The position numbers were made by a program, and so were the translations under genes. DNA of 64,000 nt from Alphaproteobacteria bacterium (GTDB lineage Bacteria; Pseudomonadota; Alphaproteobacteria; Bin95). The notes beneath the pieces are model-generated. The model saw only the letters and a list, made by a program, of their open reading frames with translations. It did no database searches and was not told where the DNA came from. The stretch spans positions 192,001 through 256,000 of the forward strand of contig OZ219789.1 in assembly GCA_964291285.2 (NCBI GenBank), written 5' to 3'. Each line of letters opens with the position of its first letter. Position 1 is the first letter of the stretch. Positions 20,654 to 30,077 of the stretch are shown here, piece by piece.

Positions 20654-21885
20654 GTCCTTCCCGGTCCGGGACGGATCGCCCGGTCGCCCGCAAGGTCCGC
20701 TGGCTTCAGGAAGAGCAGCGCCAGCGGCCCGAGTGCCATCACCAGCGCTATATGCGCGAAAGCCACGCCCCAGGCGAGCACGCTCTCGCCGCCCATGAGG
20801 TCGAGGATGGCGCCCAGTGCCACCGCCCCGACAAAGCCCAGCCCGTAACCGCAGAGCGAATGGACGGCGAGGGTGGCGCCGCGCCGTTCGGGCTCCGAGG
20901 CGCCGACGGTGCCGGCCGTGAGTGAGGCGGAATCCGCGTAGATCGCCATATTGTAAAGGATGCAGAGCACCGCCGCCGCCCAGTAGCCCCAAGCCGAGAT
21001 GAAGCCCGCGGCGCAGGCGAGCGCCATGCACACGCTCATGGTGAGCAATACCCAGCGCTGGCGCCCGATGCGGATCGCAAGCTCGTTGCCGGCGATACTG
21101 CTCGCGGTGCCGAGAAGCTCCATCAGCATGGCGATCACGGTTGGCGCAAACCAGTATTCGGGCTCGTAGCCGGCATTCATCGCCGCGAAGGTCAGGAATG
21201 CGACCGCCCAGGAGCGCACCGCGAACATCTCCCAGGTATGCACGCCGTAGCAGGCGATATAGGCCATGGCCGAGCGGTTGCGGAACACATGCCCGAAATC
21301 GGCCAGCGGATTGGTGCCGGAGGGCGTCGGCTCGCGGCGCGGGAAGAGCAGCAATGCGACCAGGAAGGCGCCCGCCGTGCCGGCGGCGCTGACCAGGAAG
21401 GCCGCCTCCCAACCGAGCCACCGGTCGATCTCGCCCGCAAGGAAGAAGGAGAGCGATCCGCCCGTGCCCATCGCGGCCGCGTGGAAGGCCACGCCGCGCG
21501 AGCGTATGCGTCCTTCCAGCTCGTCGCTCAGCACCCTGAGCCCGACCATGTAGGTTCCGGCCCAGCCGAAGCCGGCGATCGCGCGGAAAATCATGCCCGT
21601 GACGAAATCATGGGCCACATAGGCCATGCCCAGATGGCTGACCGTGCTGGCCAAGACGCCGATCATGTAGATCCGGCGGGCCTGATAGCGGTCGGTCGCC
21701 GTCACCAGCACCAGCACCGAGAGCGCATAGACGCCGAAGATGATGCCCGACATCAGACCGCCCTGGGTGTTGCTCATCCCCCACTCGTCCCTGAGAACCG
21801 GGAGCAGGCCGTTGAACGTGGTAGAGCCCATCTGCCCGATGAACTGGGCGAAGCAAACGGTGACGATGAGGGCCGTCGTGTTCAT
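20650..21885 (-). CDS. MFS transporter
   Basis: About 12 hydrophobic segments; TDRYQARR motif-A-like loop. Confidence 0.85.
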   Translation of the reverse strand: MNTTALIVTVCFAQFIGQMGSTTFNGLLPVLRDEWGMSNTQGGLMSGIIFGVYALSVLVLVTATDRYQARRIYMIGVLASTVSHLGMAYVAHDFVTGMIFRAIAGFGWAGTYMVGLRVLSDELEGRIRSRGVAFHAAAMGTGGSLSFFLAGEIDRWLGWEAAFLVSAAGTAGAFLVALLLFPRREPTPSGTNPLADFGHVFRNRSAMAYIACYGVHTWEMFAVRSWAVAFLTFAAMNAGYEPEYWFAPTVIAMLMELLGTASSIAGNELAIRIGRQRWVLLTMSVCMALACAAGFISAWGYWAAAVLCILYNMAIYADSASLTAGTVGASEPERRGATLAVHSLCGYGLGFVGAVALGAILDLMGGESVLAWGVAFAHIALVMALGPLALLFLKPADLAGDRAIRPGPGRT

Positions 21886-21929
21886 CGGGCAGGCCCGCTA
21901 GGCACCGGCCAGATTGCGGCTGACCACGC

Positions 21930-23540
21930 TCACGCGAGGCCCGCCTTCTCGCGTTCCCGCTGGCGCAGGTCGCGGCGGCGGATCTTGCCGGTGGCGGTCA
22001 TCGGCAGCTCGTCCACGAACTCCACCGCGCGGGGATATTCATGCGCGGACAGGCGGTCGCGGACATGGGCGCGGAGCGCGGCTTCCAGCGCTTCCGTCGG
22101 CGCCTCGCCCTCGCGCAGCACCACGAACGCCTTCACGATGTCGCCGCGCACCGGGTCCGGCGCGCCGACGGCCGCGGCCATGGCGACCGCCGGATGGCCC
22201 ATCAGGCATTCCTCGATCTCGCCGGGGCCGATGCGGTAGCCGGCCGAGGAGATCACGTCGTCCTCGCGCCCGACGAAGCGGAAGGCGCCGTCCTCGTCCA
22301 TGACGCCGAGATCGCCGGTCAGCAGCCAGTCGCCGTTGAACTTGGCCGCCGTTGCCTCCTCGTCCCGCCAGTAGCCGAGGAACATGACCGGGTCCGGGCG
22401 GCGGACGGCAATCTCACCCGACTCGCCGGGCGGCAGCGGGTTGCCGGCGCCGTCCAGCACCGCGACCTCATGGCCCGGAATCGCGCGCCCGAGCCAGCCC
22501 GGCCGGACCGGGAACAGGCTCGCGCAATTGCCGACCACGAGATTGCATTCCGTCTGCCCGTAGAACTCGTTGATGGTGAGGCCGAACACATCGCGCCCCC
22601 AGCCGAGCAGCTCCTCGCCCAGGCTTTCGCCGCCGCTGCCGATGCTGCGCATGGCGAGGCCGGGCGTGCGCTGCGCGGCCTCCGACGCCTGGCGCATCAT
22701 CTTGAGCGCCGTCGGCGGCAGGAAGGCGTTGCGCACGCCGTGGCGCGCTATGAGCGCAAACGCCTCCTCCGGGTCGAACTTGCCCGCGCGCGAAGCCAGA
22801 ACCGGCACGCCCGCCGCCCAGGCCGGCAGCAGCACGTCCAGCAGCCCGCCGGCCCAGGCCCAGTCCGCCGGCGTCCAGAACAGGTCCCCCGGCTGAGGGA
22901 AGAACTCCTGCGGCAGCGCCACGCCCGGCAAGTGCCCCGGCAGGACCTGGTGGCCGTGCAGCGCGCCCTTGGGCGGGCCGGTGGTGCCGGAGGTGTAGAT
23001 GAGCAGCGCCGGATCGTCGGGGCCCGTATCGACCGTCTCGAAGCGGTCGGAGGCCCGCTCGACCACGTCCCAGAAATCCTCCGCGATCACGGTCGAGAGC
23101 GCCGGCAGGTCGAGCGCGGCCACCTTCCCGCGGCCTTCCGCGTCGGTGATGAGCGCCTTCGCGCCGGAGTGGCCGAGCCTGTAGGCCAGCGCTTCCTCGC
23201 CAAAGAGCGTGAAGAGCGGCAGCGCGACCGCGCCGAGCTTGTAGGCGGCGAGATGGGCAAGCCCGGTCTCCACGTCCTGCCCCAGCAGCACCGCCACCCG
23301 GTCGCCGCGGCCGACGCCGGCGGCGGCGAGCGCATTGGCCAGCCTGTTGGAGAGCCGCGAGAGCTCCCGGAACGACCAGAGGCGGGGCTCGCCCCCTGCC
23401 GGGTCCGGGCAGATCATCGCGGGGCGGTCGCTCCCGACATGCCGCTCGCAGGCGTGCTCCGCGATGTTGTAGCGGGCCGGCACCTGCCAGCGGAACGCCG
23501 CGCGCACCGCCTCCCAGCTTTCGCGGCGCTCGACGATCAT
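21930..23540 (-). CDS. Acyl-CoA synthetase (AMP-forming)
   Basis: YTSGTTGPPKG, FYGQTE, TGDLG, GYRIGPGEIE, TATGKIRR. Confidence 0.9.
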   Translation of the reverse strand: MIVERRESWEAVRAAFRWQVPARYNIAEHACERHVGSDRPAMICPDPAGGEPRLWSFRELSRLSNRLANALAAAGVGRGDRVAVLLGQDVETGLAHLAAYKLGAVALPLFTLFGEEALAYRLGHSGAKALITDAEGRGKVAALDLPALSTVIAEDFWDVVERASDRFETVDTGPDDPALLIYTSGTTGPPKGALHGHQVLPGHLPGVALPQEFFPQPGDLFWTPADWAWAGGLLDVLLPAWAAGVPVLASRAGKFDPEEAFALIARHGVRNAFLPPTALKMMRQASEAAQRTPGLAMRSIGSGGESLGEELLGWGRDVFGLTINEFYGQTECNLVVGNCASLFPVRPGWLGRAIPGHEVAVLDGAGNPLPPGESGEIAVRRPDPVMFLGYWRDEEATAAKFNGDWLLTGDLGVMDEDGAFRFVGREDDVISSAGYRIGPGEIEECLMGHPAVAMAAAVGAPDPVRGDIVKAFVVLREGEAPTEALEAALRAHVRDRLSAHEYPRAVEFVDELPMTATGKIRRRDLRQREREKAGLA

Positions 23541-24334
23541 GCCCGCGCAGGCTCCAGGTCGAAGCGCAGGATTTCGCCCTCCAGCTCCGGCCCGGCCGCC
23601 GGGAAGCACCGCGCAAGCTCCGGGTCGTGGCCCGGGATCAGGTGGTCGCGGGAGAGCATGCGCGCGCCCAGCGTCCGGTAGCCCTCCAGCATTTCGCGCA
23701 GGTCGTAGAAGACGCGGAAGGGCCGCACCTGCTCCATCTCCTCATAGAGATGCACGGCATCGGAGGCGACGATCACGGGTCCCCGCCGGGTCGCCACCTC
23801 AAGCGCGATCTGGCCGCGCGAATGGCCGCCGATCAGGATCTGCGAAAGGCCGGGCGCGAGCGCGCCGTCGCCGTCGTAGAACCGGCAGCGCCCGTCATAG
23901 TTCAACCCGACCAGGGTGAGCGTGTTGCGCTTGCCGTACATCTTCAGCGCCGGATGGGTCACGTCCCGGCCGGTCACGGTCAGCATCTCGCGGTCCTGGA
24001 TATGGAACACCGCCTGCGGGAAGGCTTCCAGATTGCCGACATGGTCGTAATGGCAATGGGTGACGATGACGTCGGAGACGGTCGCGGGGTCGATACCGAG
24101 CCGGCGCAGGCCGTCGGCCGGGTCGTAGAGCGTGTCGTGGCCGAGCCGGTCGCCGACGCGCACCGCATAGCCGCAATCGACCACCCAGACCCGCCCGCCG
24201 CCGCGTATGACCCAGAAATAGAAATCGAGGCCGGGCGCCTGCACCGCCGGGTCGCCGTCCAGATACATCTCGCTCTCCGGGCGGAAATCCTCGCGTCCGT
24301 AGCGCAGGCCGTAGATCTCGTAGTCCGGGGTCAT
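23537..24334 (-). CDS. MBL-fold hydrolase, N-acyl-homoserine-lactonase family
   Basis: THCHYDH (HxHxDH), GGHSRG, ASDAVH, IPGHDP. Confidence 0.8.
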   Translation of the reverse strand: MTPDYEIYGLRYGREDFRPESEMYLDGDPAVQAPGLDFYFWVIRGGGRVWVVDCGYAVRVGDRLGHDTLYDPADGLRRLGIDPATVSDVIVTHCHYDHVGNLEAFPQAVFHIQDREMLTVTGRDVTHPALKMYGKRNTLTLVGLNYDGRCRFYDGDGALAPGLSQILIGGHSRGQIALEVATRRGPVIVASDAVHLYEEMEQVRPFRVFYDLREMLEGYRTLGARMLSRDHLIPGHDPELARCFPAAGPELEGEILRFDLEPARA

Positions 24335-24399
24335 GCAGGCTCCTCCCTCCCACCAGCATAGCGCGGGCCGGGCGCGAGGCGTATAAGCCGCCCGCGCCC

Positions 24400-25944
24400 A
24401 TGTCCGATAGTTCCGCCCCCGCCGCGCCCGCCGCCGCGCAGCCCGAATACACCGAGCTGCAGCGCTGGCTGACGCTGATAACGGTCACGCTCGCCACCAC
24501 GCTCTACGCGATGACGGTGACGATCGCCAATGTCGCCCTGCCCAAGATGCAGGGCACCTTCGGCGCGACGCAGGACGAGATCGCCTGGGTCGTCACCTTC
24601 AACATCATCGCCACGGCCGTGATGACGCCGGCCACCGGCTGGCTCGCGGAGAAGGTCGGGCGGCGCAACGTCATGGTCTGGGGCATCGCGGTCTTCACCC
24701 TGGTCTCCGCCGGCTGCGGCCTCGCCGAGAGCCTGGAGCAGCTGGTCTTCTTCCGCATCCTGCAGGGGCTCGCGGGCGCGCCGCTGGTGCCGGTGAGCCA
24801 GGCCATCGTGATGACGATCTTCCCGCGCGAGCGCCACGGCACCGCGCTTGCGGTCTGGGGCATCGGCGTCACCATCGGGCCGATCATCGCGCCGACGCTC
24901 GGCGGCTATGTCACCGAGCTCTACAACTGGCGCTGGATCTTCTTCCTGCTGGTGCCGGTGGGCATGGTCGCGTTCCTGTGCGCCGCGGCCTTCGTGCGCC
25001 GCCGGGCGCAGCGCCATCCGACGACGCTCGACTGGACGGGCTTCATCGCGCTCTCGCTCGCCATCGCCGCGCTGCAGCTGATGCTCGACCGGGGCGAGCG
25101 GCTCGGCTGGTTCAACTCCAACGAGATCATCCTGGAGGCGTTCGTCGCCTGCCTCGCCTTCTATGTGTTCGTCGCCCACATCTTCACGACCGACCGCCCG
25201 TTCCTGCAGCCGCGCATCCTCACAAACCGCAATTTCGTCATCGGGCTGGCGCTCACCTTCGTGTTCGGCCTGCTCAATTTCACGCCCATGGTGCTGTTCC
25301 CGTCGCTGCTGCAGGGCCTGCGCGGCTATCCGGACAGCATCATCGGCTACCTGCTGGCGGTGCGCGGCCTCGGCACGTTCTGCGGCTTCCTGTTCATCAT
25401 GTTCTACGGCCAGCGCATCGACCCGCGCCTGCTGCTGCTCGCGGGCTTCCTCACCCAGGGCATTTCCGGGCTCGCCATGGCGCAGTTCGACATCAACCTC
25501 ACTACTTTCGGCGTCGCCTGGACCTCGATGCTGCAGGGCTTCGGCGTCGGGCTGATCTGGGTACCGCTCTCGATCGCGACCTTCTGGACGCTCGCGCCGA
25601 GGGACATGACCGAAGGCACCGCGGTCTTCCACCTCATGCGCAATATCGGCTCGTCCATCCACATCTCGCTCTCGGTAGCGCTGGTGATCCACACCGCCAA
25701 GATGAGCTATTCCGAGCTTTCGAACTTCGTGAACCCGTACAATGCCGCGCTCGGCCGGGCCGCGTCGGAAGGGCCGTGGAGCCTGGAGGGCGGGGCCGGC
25801 ATGGCGGCGCTGGTGCGCGAGATCGGCCGCCAGGCGCAGATGATCGGCTATGTGAACGCCTTCTACTTCTTCGCCGCCACGGCCTTCGTCTGCATCCCGC
25901 TCCTCTTCTTCGTCCGCAAGCCGACGGCGGCGACGGCGGGGTAG
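24400..25944 (+). CDS. DHA2 family (EmrB/QacA) MFS efflux permease
   Basis: TIANVALPKMQG, FRILQG, GPIIAPTLGG, WRWIFF, MRNIGSS. Confidence 0.88.
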   Translation: MSDSSAPAAPAAAQPEYTELQRWLTLITVTLATTLYAMTVTIANVALPKMQGTFGATQDEIAWVVTFNIIATAVMTPATGWLAEKVGRRNVMVWGIAVFTLVSAGCGLAESLEQLVFFRILQGLAGAPLVPVSQAIVMTIFPRERHGTALAVWGIGVTIGPIIAPTLGGYVTELYNWRWIFFLLVPVGMVAFLCAAAFVRRRAQRHPTTLDWTGFIALSLAIAALQLMLDRGERLGWFNSNEIILEAFVACLAFYVFVAHIFTTDRPFLQPRILTNRNFVIGLALTFVFGLLNFTPMVLFPSLLQGLRGYPDSIIGYLLAVRGLGTFCGFLFIMFYGQRIDPRLLLLAGFLTQGISGLAMAQFDINLTTFGVAWTSMLQGFGVGLIWVPLSIATFWTLAPRDMTEGTAVFHLMRNIGSSIHISLSVALVIHTAKMSYSELSNFVNPYNAALGRAASEGPWSLEGGAGMAALVREIGRQAQMIGYVNAFYFFAATAFVCIPLLFFVRKPTAATAG

Positions 25945-26010
25945 CGCACGATCCAATCTGCATGGATCGACTGTTTGTCGACGGGCAGCCGCAGGCCTTG
26001 CCCCCACTTC

Positions 26011-26113
26011 GTCGCCCCGGACCCCGACCCGGGGCCCATCCATAACCGCTTCGGCCCGGCGGAGAGGCCGGGAGATGGACCCCGGCTCTCCGCTTCGCTC
26101 CGGCCGGGGTGAC
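26011..26113. repeat. Two inverted REP-like palindromes
   Basis: GTCGCCCCGG-ACCCCGA-CCCGGGGCCCAT (26011-26039) faces ATGGACCCCGGC...GCCGGGGTGAC (26075-26113). Confidence 0.55.
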
Positions 26114-26207
26114 GCTTGAGGCTTTACGGACGAAGCCGTTTCAACCCGAACGGGTACCGTTCCAGGCCCGACTTCCCATCAAGGTCGCGGCCTGTGGCAA
26201 GTCCGGT

Positions 26208-26294
26208 TACGGCCCGCCCGCCGCGGCCACGACTGCCCGGAGCGCCTGCCAGTCCGGCGGGCCGGCGGCTGCAATGGGCTGGATGCAGACCTGG
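26208..26294 (-). repeat. 87-bp orphan copy of the 3' end of the LLM oxidoreductase gene (direct repeat of 27200-27286)
   Basis: Hand alignment gives 2 mismatches in 87 bp; encodes QVCIQPIAAAGPPDWQALRAVVAAAGGP followed by TAA. Confidence 0.9.
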
Positions 26295-26313
26295 GCGGCA
26301 CGGAAGATGGCAT

Positions 26314-26763
26314 TCACCGCCGCTCAGCGGCCCAGGGATCGGCGACCTCAACGCCTGTGTTACGGAACTCGCCTACATTGCGCGTCACAACCGCCAGCCC
26401 GCGACAAGCCGCAGCCGCCGCGAGAAGAGCATCCGGCAAATGATCGTCAAGAGGTTCGCCGCGCCGACGCTTCACCTCCATGATCCGGGCGCAGACTTGG
26501 GCGTCGGCCAGTGACCAATCGACGATTCGGTCCTCGAACAACTCATCGAGAAGCCTGCGGAACCGGCTTGCAAGATCGTTACGGCGCCTTCCGGGAGTGA
26601 GACGGCCGATGCCATCCAGGATCTCCCAAACCGTAATCGACGCCATGCCAATGCCGTCGCCAGCGATCGAATCGAGAAATGTAGCGACGCGCGGGTTTGG
26701 GTTCGGCCGCATCATTTCCGAGACGACGTTCGTGTCGATGAGCCAAGCCAGCGGCTCCGTCAC
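26314..26763 (-). CDS. vapC: PIN-domain toxin (VapC/FitB-like)
   Basis: LIDTNVVSE, ITVWEI, DALLAA, VVTRNVGEF, DPW. Confidence 0.9.
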   Translation of the reverse strand: MTEPLAWLIDTNVVSEMMRPNPNPRVATFLDSIAGDGIGMASITVWEILDGIGRLTPGRRRNDLASRFRRLLDELFEDRIVDWSLADAQVCARIMEVKRRRGEPLDDHLPDALLAAAAACRGLAVVTRNVGEFRNTGVEVADPWAAERR

Positions 26764-27017
26764 ATCTCGCCCTCGTCCCGGAAAGATGCAGGCCTGTATC
26801 GGGTCGCTGCCGGAGGCGGTAACTCGACCCCGTGCTCCGGTCCGAAATGGCGGGCGAATACTTCGGACGGTTTGAGTTGGAGCCTGCCTTTCTCCCGTTT
26901 CTCGCGAATCAGGCGGCGCACGAATTCTTCCATTGACACGCCGACATGTCGTGCCTCCCGCCTCAGCCAGGATTTGTCCTCGGGATCGATATCCCGGACG
27001 GTTAGGCTGGAACCCAT
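26760..27017 (-). CDS. FitA-like ribbon-helix-helix antitoxin
   Basis: SLTVRDIDPEDKSWLRREARHVGVSMEEFVRRLI; stop overlaps the toxin start. Confidence 0.85.
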   Translation of the reverse strand: MGSSLTVRDIDPEDKSWLRREARHVGVSMEEFVRRLIREKREKGRLQLKPSEVFARHFGPEHGVELPPPAATRYRPASFRDEGEM

Positions 27018-27198
27018 TGCAACACCTCCATTACGACCGGAAGCAAGTTCGCGGCACCGACGCGCAAGGGGGCAAACTATGCCATTGCCTAAAGGCAGGC
27101 AAAACGCAGTCGTGCGCCAGCTTACTTTTCTTGCGGAGGCAGTTCGGACAAAGAGCTTTGAGGCCGCCACGGCAAAAAAGGTCAGCCGATGATTGTCG

Positions 27199-28071
27199 CT
27201 ACGGCCCGCCCGCCCCCGCCACGACTGCCCGGAGCGCCTGCCAGTCCGGCGGGCCGGCGGCTGCAATGGGCTGGATGCAGACCTGGTCGGCGCCGGCGTC
27301 GAAATGCGCGCGGAGCCGTTCCGCAACCGTCTCCGCGCCGCCCCATGCCACCATGGCGTCCATCAGCCGGTCGGAGCCGCCGCCTTCCATGTCGTCGGCG
27401 GCGAAGCCGGTGCGGAGCCAGTTGTTGCGGTAATTGTCGAGCGTCATGTAGCGCGCGAGCTCCCTGCGCGCCGCCGCGCGGGCCGCTTCGGCATCTTCCA
27501 GCAGGCAGATTTTCTGCTCGACCGCGAGCCAGCGTCCGGGGCCGAGGATGGCGCGGGCGCGTTCCGTGTGCTCCGGCGTGACATTGTAGGGGATGGCGCC
27601 CCGGCAGAGTTCCGCCGCCAGTTCCAGCATGCGCGGCCCGAGCGCGGCGATCACCACCGGCCGGTCCGGGTCGTCGAGCGGCGGCCCGTCGGCCGCGATG
27701 CCTTCCAGGTAGCGGCGCATGGTGGCCACGGGGCCGGCATAGCGGTGGCCGCGGAGCGTCTCCACCAGCGGCGGGTGGCTGACGCCGAGCCCGAGCACGA
27801 AGCGCTCCCCGGAGAAGTCCGCGAGCGTGCGCCGCCCGTTGCGCGCCGTGACCGGGTCGCGGGCATAGATGTTGGCGATGGAGCTGCCGACGGCGATCCG
27901 CGAGGACCCGGCCAGCAGGTGCCCCGCCAGCGACAGGCTCTCGTATCCGGTCGATTCCGGATACCAGAGATGCGAGCAGCCGAGCGCCTCCGCGCCGCGC
28001 ACCAGCTCGCCGAGCCCCGCCCCGTCCAGCCGGTCGGTCGGATACCAGAAGCCGAATCGTCCGTAATGCAT
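27199..28071 (-). CDS. LLM-class (F420-dependent type) oxidoreductase
   Basis: LWYPES, SIANIYARD, RFVLGLGVSH, AALGPRML, YNVTPEHT, HFDAGADQVCIQ. Confidence 0.85.
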   Translation of the reverse strand: MHYGRFGFWYPTDRLDGAGLGELVRGAEALGCSHLWYPESTGYESLSLAGHLLAGSSRIAVGSSIANIYARDPVTARNGRRTLADFSGERFVLGLGVSHPPLVETLRGHRYAGPVATMRRYLEGIAADGPPLDDPDRPVVIAALGPRMLELAAELCRGAIPYNVTPEHTERARAILGPGRWLAVEQKICLLEDAEAARAAARRELARYMTLDNYRNNWLRTGFAADDMEGGGSDRLMDAMVAWGGAETVAERLRAHFDAGADQVCIQPIAAAGPPDWQALRAVVAGAGGP

Positions 28072-28290
28072 GACTGGAATGTTCCTTTCCGTCGGGGCCC
28101 TGCGCCGTCTCCAGCAGCATAGCGTCCACCGTTGCCGGCGGCGATGAGGTCCGCGCTGTGCGTGGCTCGCATGCGGCGATTTAAACACCCTCGGAATTTC
28201 CCGACAGCGACAGGCCGCCGGATTGCGGCGCGAAGCGCGTCGCGTTACAGTTGTCCGGTGAGGATCAGGCACAAAGCTCGACTTTGTGCA

Positions 28291-29697
28291 TTATGCTGCG
28301 AAGCAGAGGGCGTACTGCATCCGCCTTATCTTGTCGGGCGGAATTATGTTTGGTTCCCGGTGTGGCGGGGAGCGCGATAAATTGTTTCCAAGCCAGAGTT
28401 GGCATCGTATGGCCGCGATTGCATCGGAGAATGTGACGCTGGTTTTCTGGTACCAGGCGGCGGCGTAGGACAGGTGGTTTGTCGAGAGCACGTCTGTGGC
28501 CCAGAGGCAGACGAGGCTGTAGAGCCCGCAGAGGACGGGGGTGGTTCGTGCGATCGCCGCGTGTGACCACTGGCGTTGTGTTTCGAGCCCGAGATGGGCG
28601 CGCAGTTCCTGGAAGGTGACCTCGACCTGCCAGCGCCGCACGAAGGTGGCGATGATCTTGGCCGGCTCCATGTTGGTGTCGGTGCAGAAGAACGCCTGCG
28701 GGTCCCGCTCGCCTTCCGGGTCTCGCACCAGCACCCATCGGATGGCCTTGGGAGGTGTGCCGGGACGATACCAGAGCGCGGTATCGGAGATGATCTGGAG
28801 TGTCTTTTCCTTCGAACTTCCGTACCAGCGCGGAAGCGTGATGCTTGTCCAGCGGGCATCGGGGTCGTCAAGGCGGGTCTGGAGCTTGGGCAGGGGCGGC
28901 CCCTTTTGCCGGGGTCGACCGCGTTTGTTCGGGTCGCGCGGCGGCGGGGGCGCGAAGAGGTTGGCATCGAGCCTCAGCCTGCTGATGAGGGTTGCGCGCT
29001 GTCCGATGCGCCAGGCGAGTTCGTGGGTTCCGAAACTGCTGTCGGCGACGAAGACGATCGCGCGTTGCGGGACCCAGCGAAGGATTTGAAGCATGCCCTG
29101 TCGCGCCCAGTCGGTGAGTTGCTTGTGACGCCGGCCTTGCCTGGCGGCGAAGCGTTCGGACGGGGCCAGGATGGTCAGGAAGGGCAGGGCCCTGATGCCC
29201 GGCGACCAGGGCAGCGGGACAAGCAGCATGAAGCTGAGCCAGCGCAGCCCGCTGGTCTTGACGAAATGGCCATGGCTGGAACGCACCGGGTCGCGATAGA
29301 TGCCGCGCGCCTTGATACGCGCGCCCCAGCGGCGCTCGATGGTGTCATCGAGCCCGATGATGATCGGTCCCTGCCCGGCAAGCCGCGCCACCAGCACGAG
29401 CACGAGCCGGCGTGAAAGGTCACGCGGGTCCCAGCGGGCGCGATTGAGAACCTGATGGTAGGACGAGAATGTCTCGCACATCGCCCGCCCGGTCACCCGC
29501 AGGCAGGCCGACACGGTTCTCTTGCCCGGCGCCAGCAACGCTCCCATGACCAGAACCGCCACCAGCCGCCAGGTCGGGGATGAGAAGGCGCCTCGAAAGG
29601 GCTCCAGCCAGTCGATCAGGAACGGCGGAACCGGATCGCCGATGGCGCTCGAAGGGTCGTCGAAATGTGTCATGACGACCTTCGAATCCAGAAGCAT
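28291..29697 (-). CDS. IS701-family DDE transposase
   Basis: GLDDTIERRWG, GIYRDPVRSS, VADSSF, RRWQVEVTFQE. Confidence 0.85.
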   Translation of the reverse strand: MLLDSKVVMTHFDDPSSAIGDPVPPFLIDWLEPFRGAFSSPTWRLVAVLVMGALLAPGKRTVSACLRVTGRAMCETFSSYHQVLNRARWDPRDLSRRLVLVLVARLAGQGPIIIGLDDTIERRWGARIKARGIYRDPVRSSHGHFVKTSGLRWLSFMLLVPLPWSPGIRALPFLTILAPSERFAARQGRRHKQLTDWARQGMLQILRWVPQRAIVFVADSSFGTHELAWRIGQRATLISRLRLDANLFAPPPPRDPNKRGRPRQKGPPLPKLQTRLDDPDARWTSITLPRWYGSSKEKTLQIISDTALWYRPGTPPKAIRWVLVRDPEGERDPQAFFCTDTNMEPAKIIATFVRRWQVEVTFQELRAHLGLETQRQWSHAAIARTTPVLCGLYSLVCLWATDVLSTNHLSYAAAWYQKTSVTFSDAIAAIRCQLWLGNNLSRSPPHREPNIIPPDKIRRMQYALCFAA

Positions 29698-29782
29698 CCG
29701 GCATGCAAGGGCGCCCGCATGCGACCGGGTGAATCAGCATCGCTGCAGCGACAGAAGCCATCCAATCCGATATCACTGCTTC

Positions 29783-30070
29783 ATGGCCGCATCCGACCCC
29801 TGTCTGGCGCGCATCGAAGCGTTCAACAAATCCAGGGGCGGGGGCGTGACGGTCACCAGGGTGCGCGGCGGCTACAATCTGTATCTCACGGCCACGCAGG
29901 CACCGATCGCAAGGCTCCAGCCGAAAGGCTCAGGTGACAAGATGAGGGTGCGCTACTGGTCCTGGCGCCAGTCCTGGCAGGACGTCGGAGACATGGGGGG
30001 CATCGTGCTCCCGCTCGAACAGGCCCTCGACGAAATCGCCAAAAACGAGATCTTCTGGACATGGACGTGA
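29783..30070 (+). CDS. Small hypothetical passenger protein (95 aa, possibly DUF3024-like) inside the IS701 element
   Basis: Lies between the transposase start and the right IR, divergent from tnp; PIARL...YWSWRQSW...LDEI...IFW pattern. Confidence 0.6.
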   Translation: MAASDPCLARIEAFNKSRGGGVTVTRVRGGYNLYLTATQAPIARLQPKGSGDKMRVRYWSWRQSWQDVGDMGGIVLPLEQALDEIAKNEIFWTWT

Positions 30071-30077
30071 GGTAATT

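Noticed and set aside
28100-28273. tRNA or att site at the island's left border
   Set aside because: I could not find a cloverleaf, T-loop/CCA pattern, integrase or matching direct repeat.
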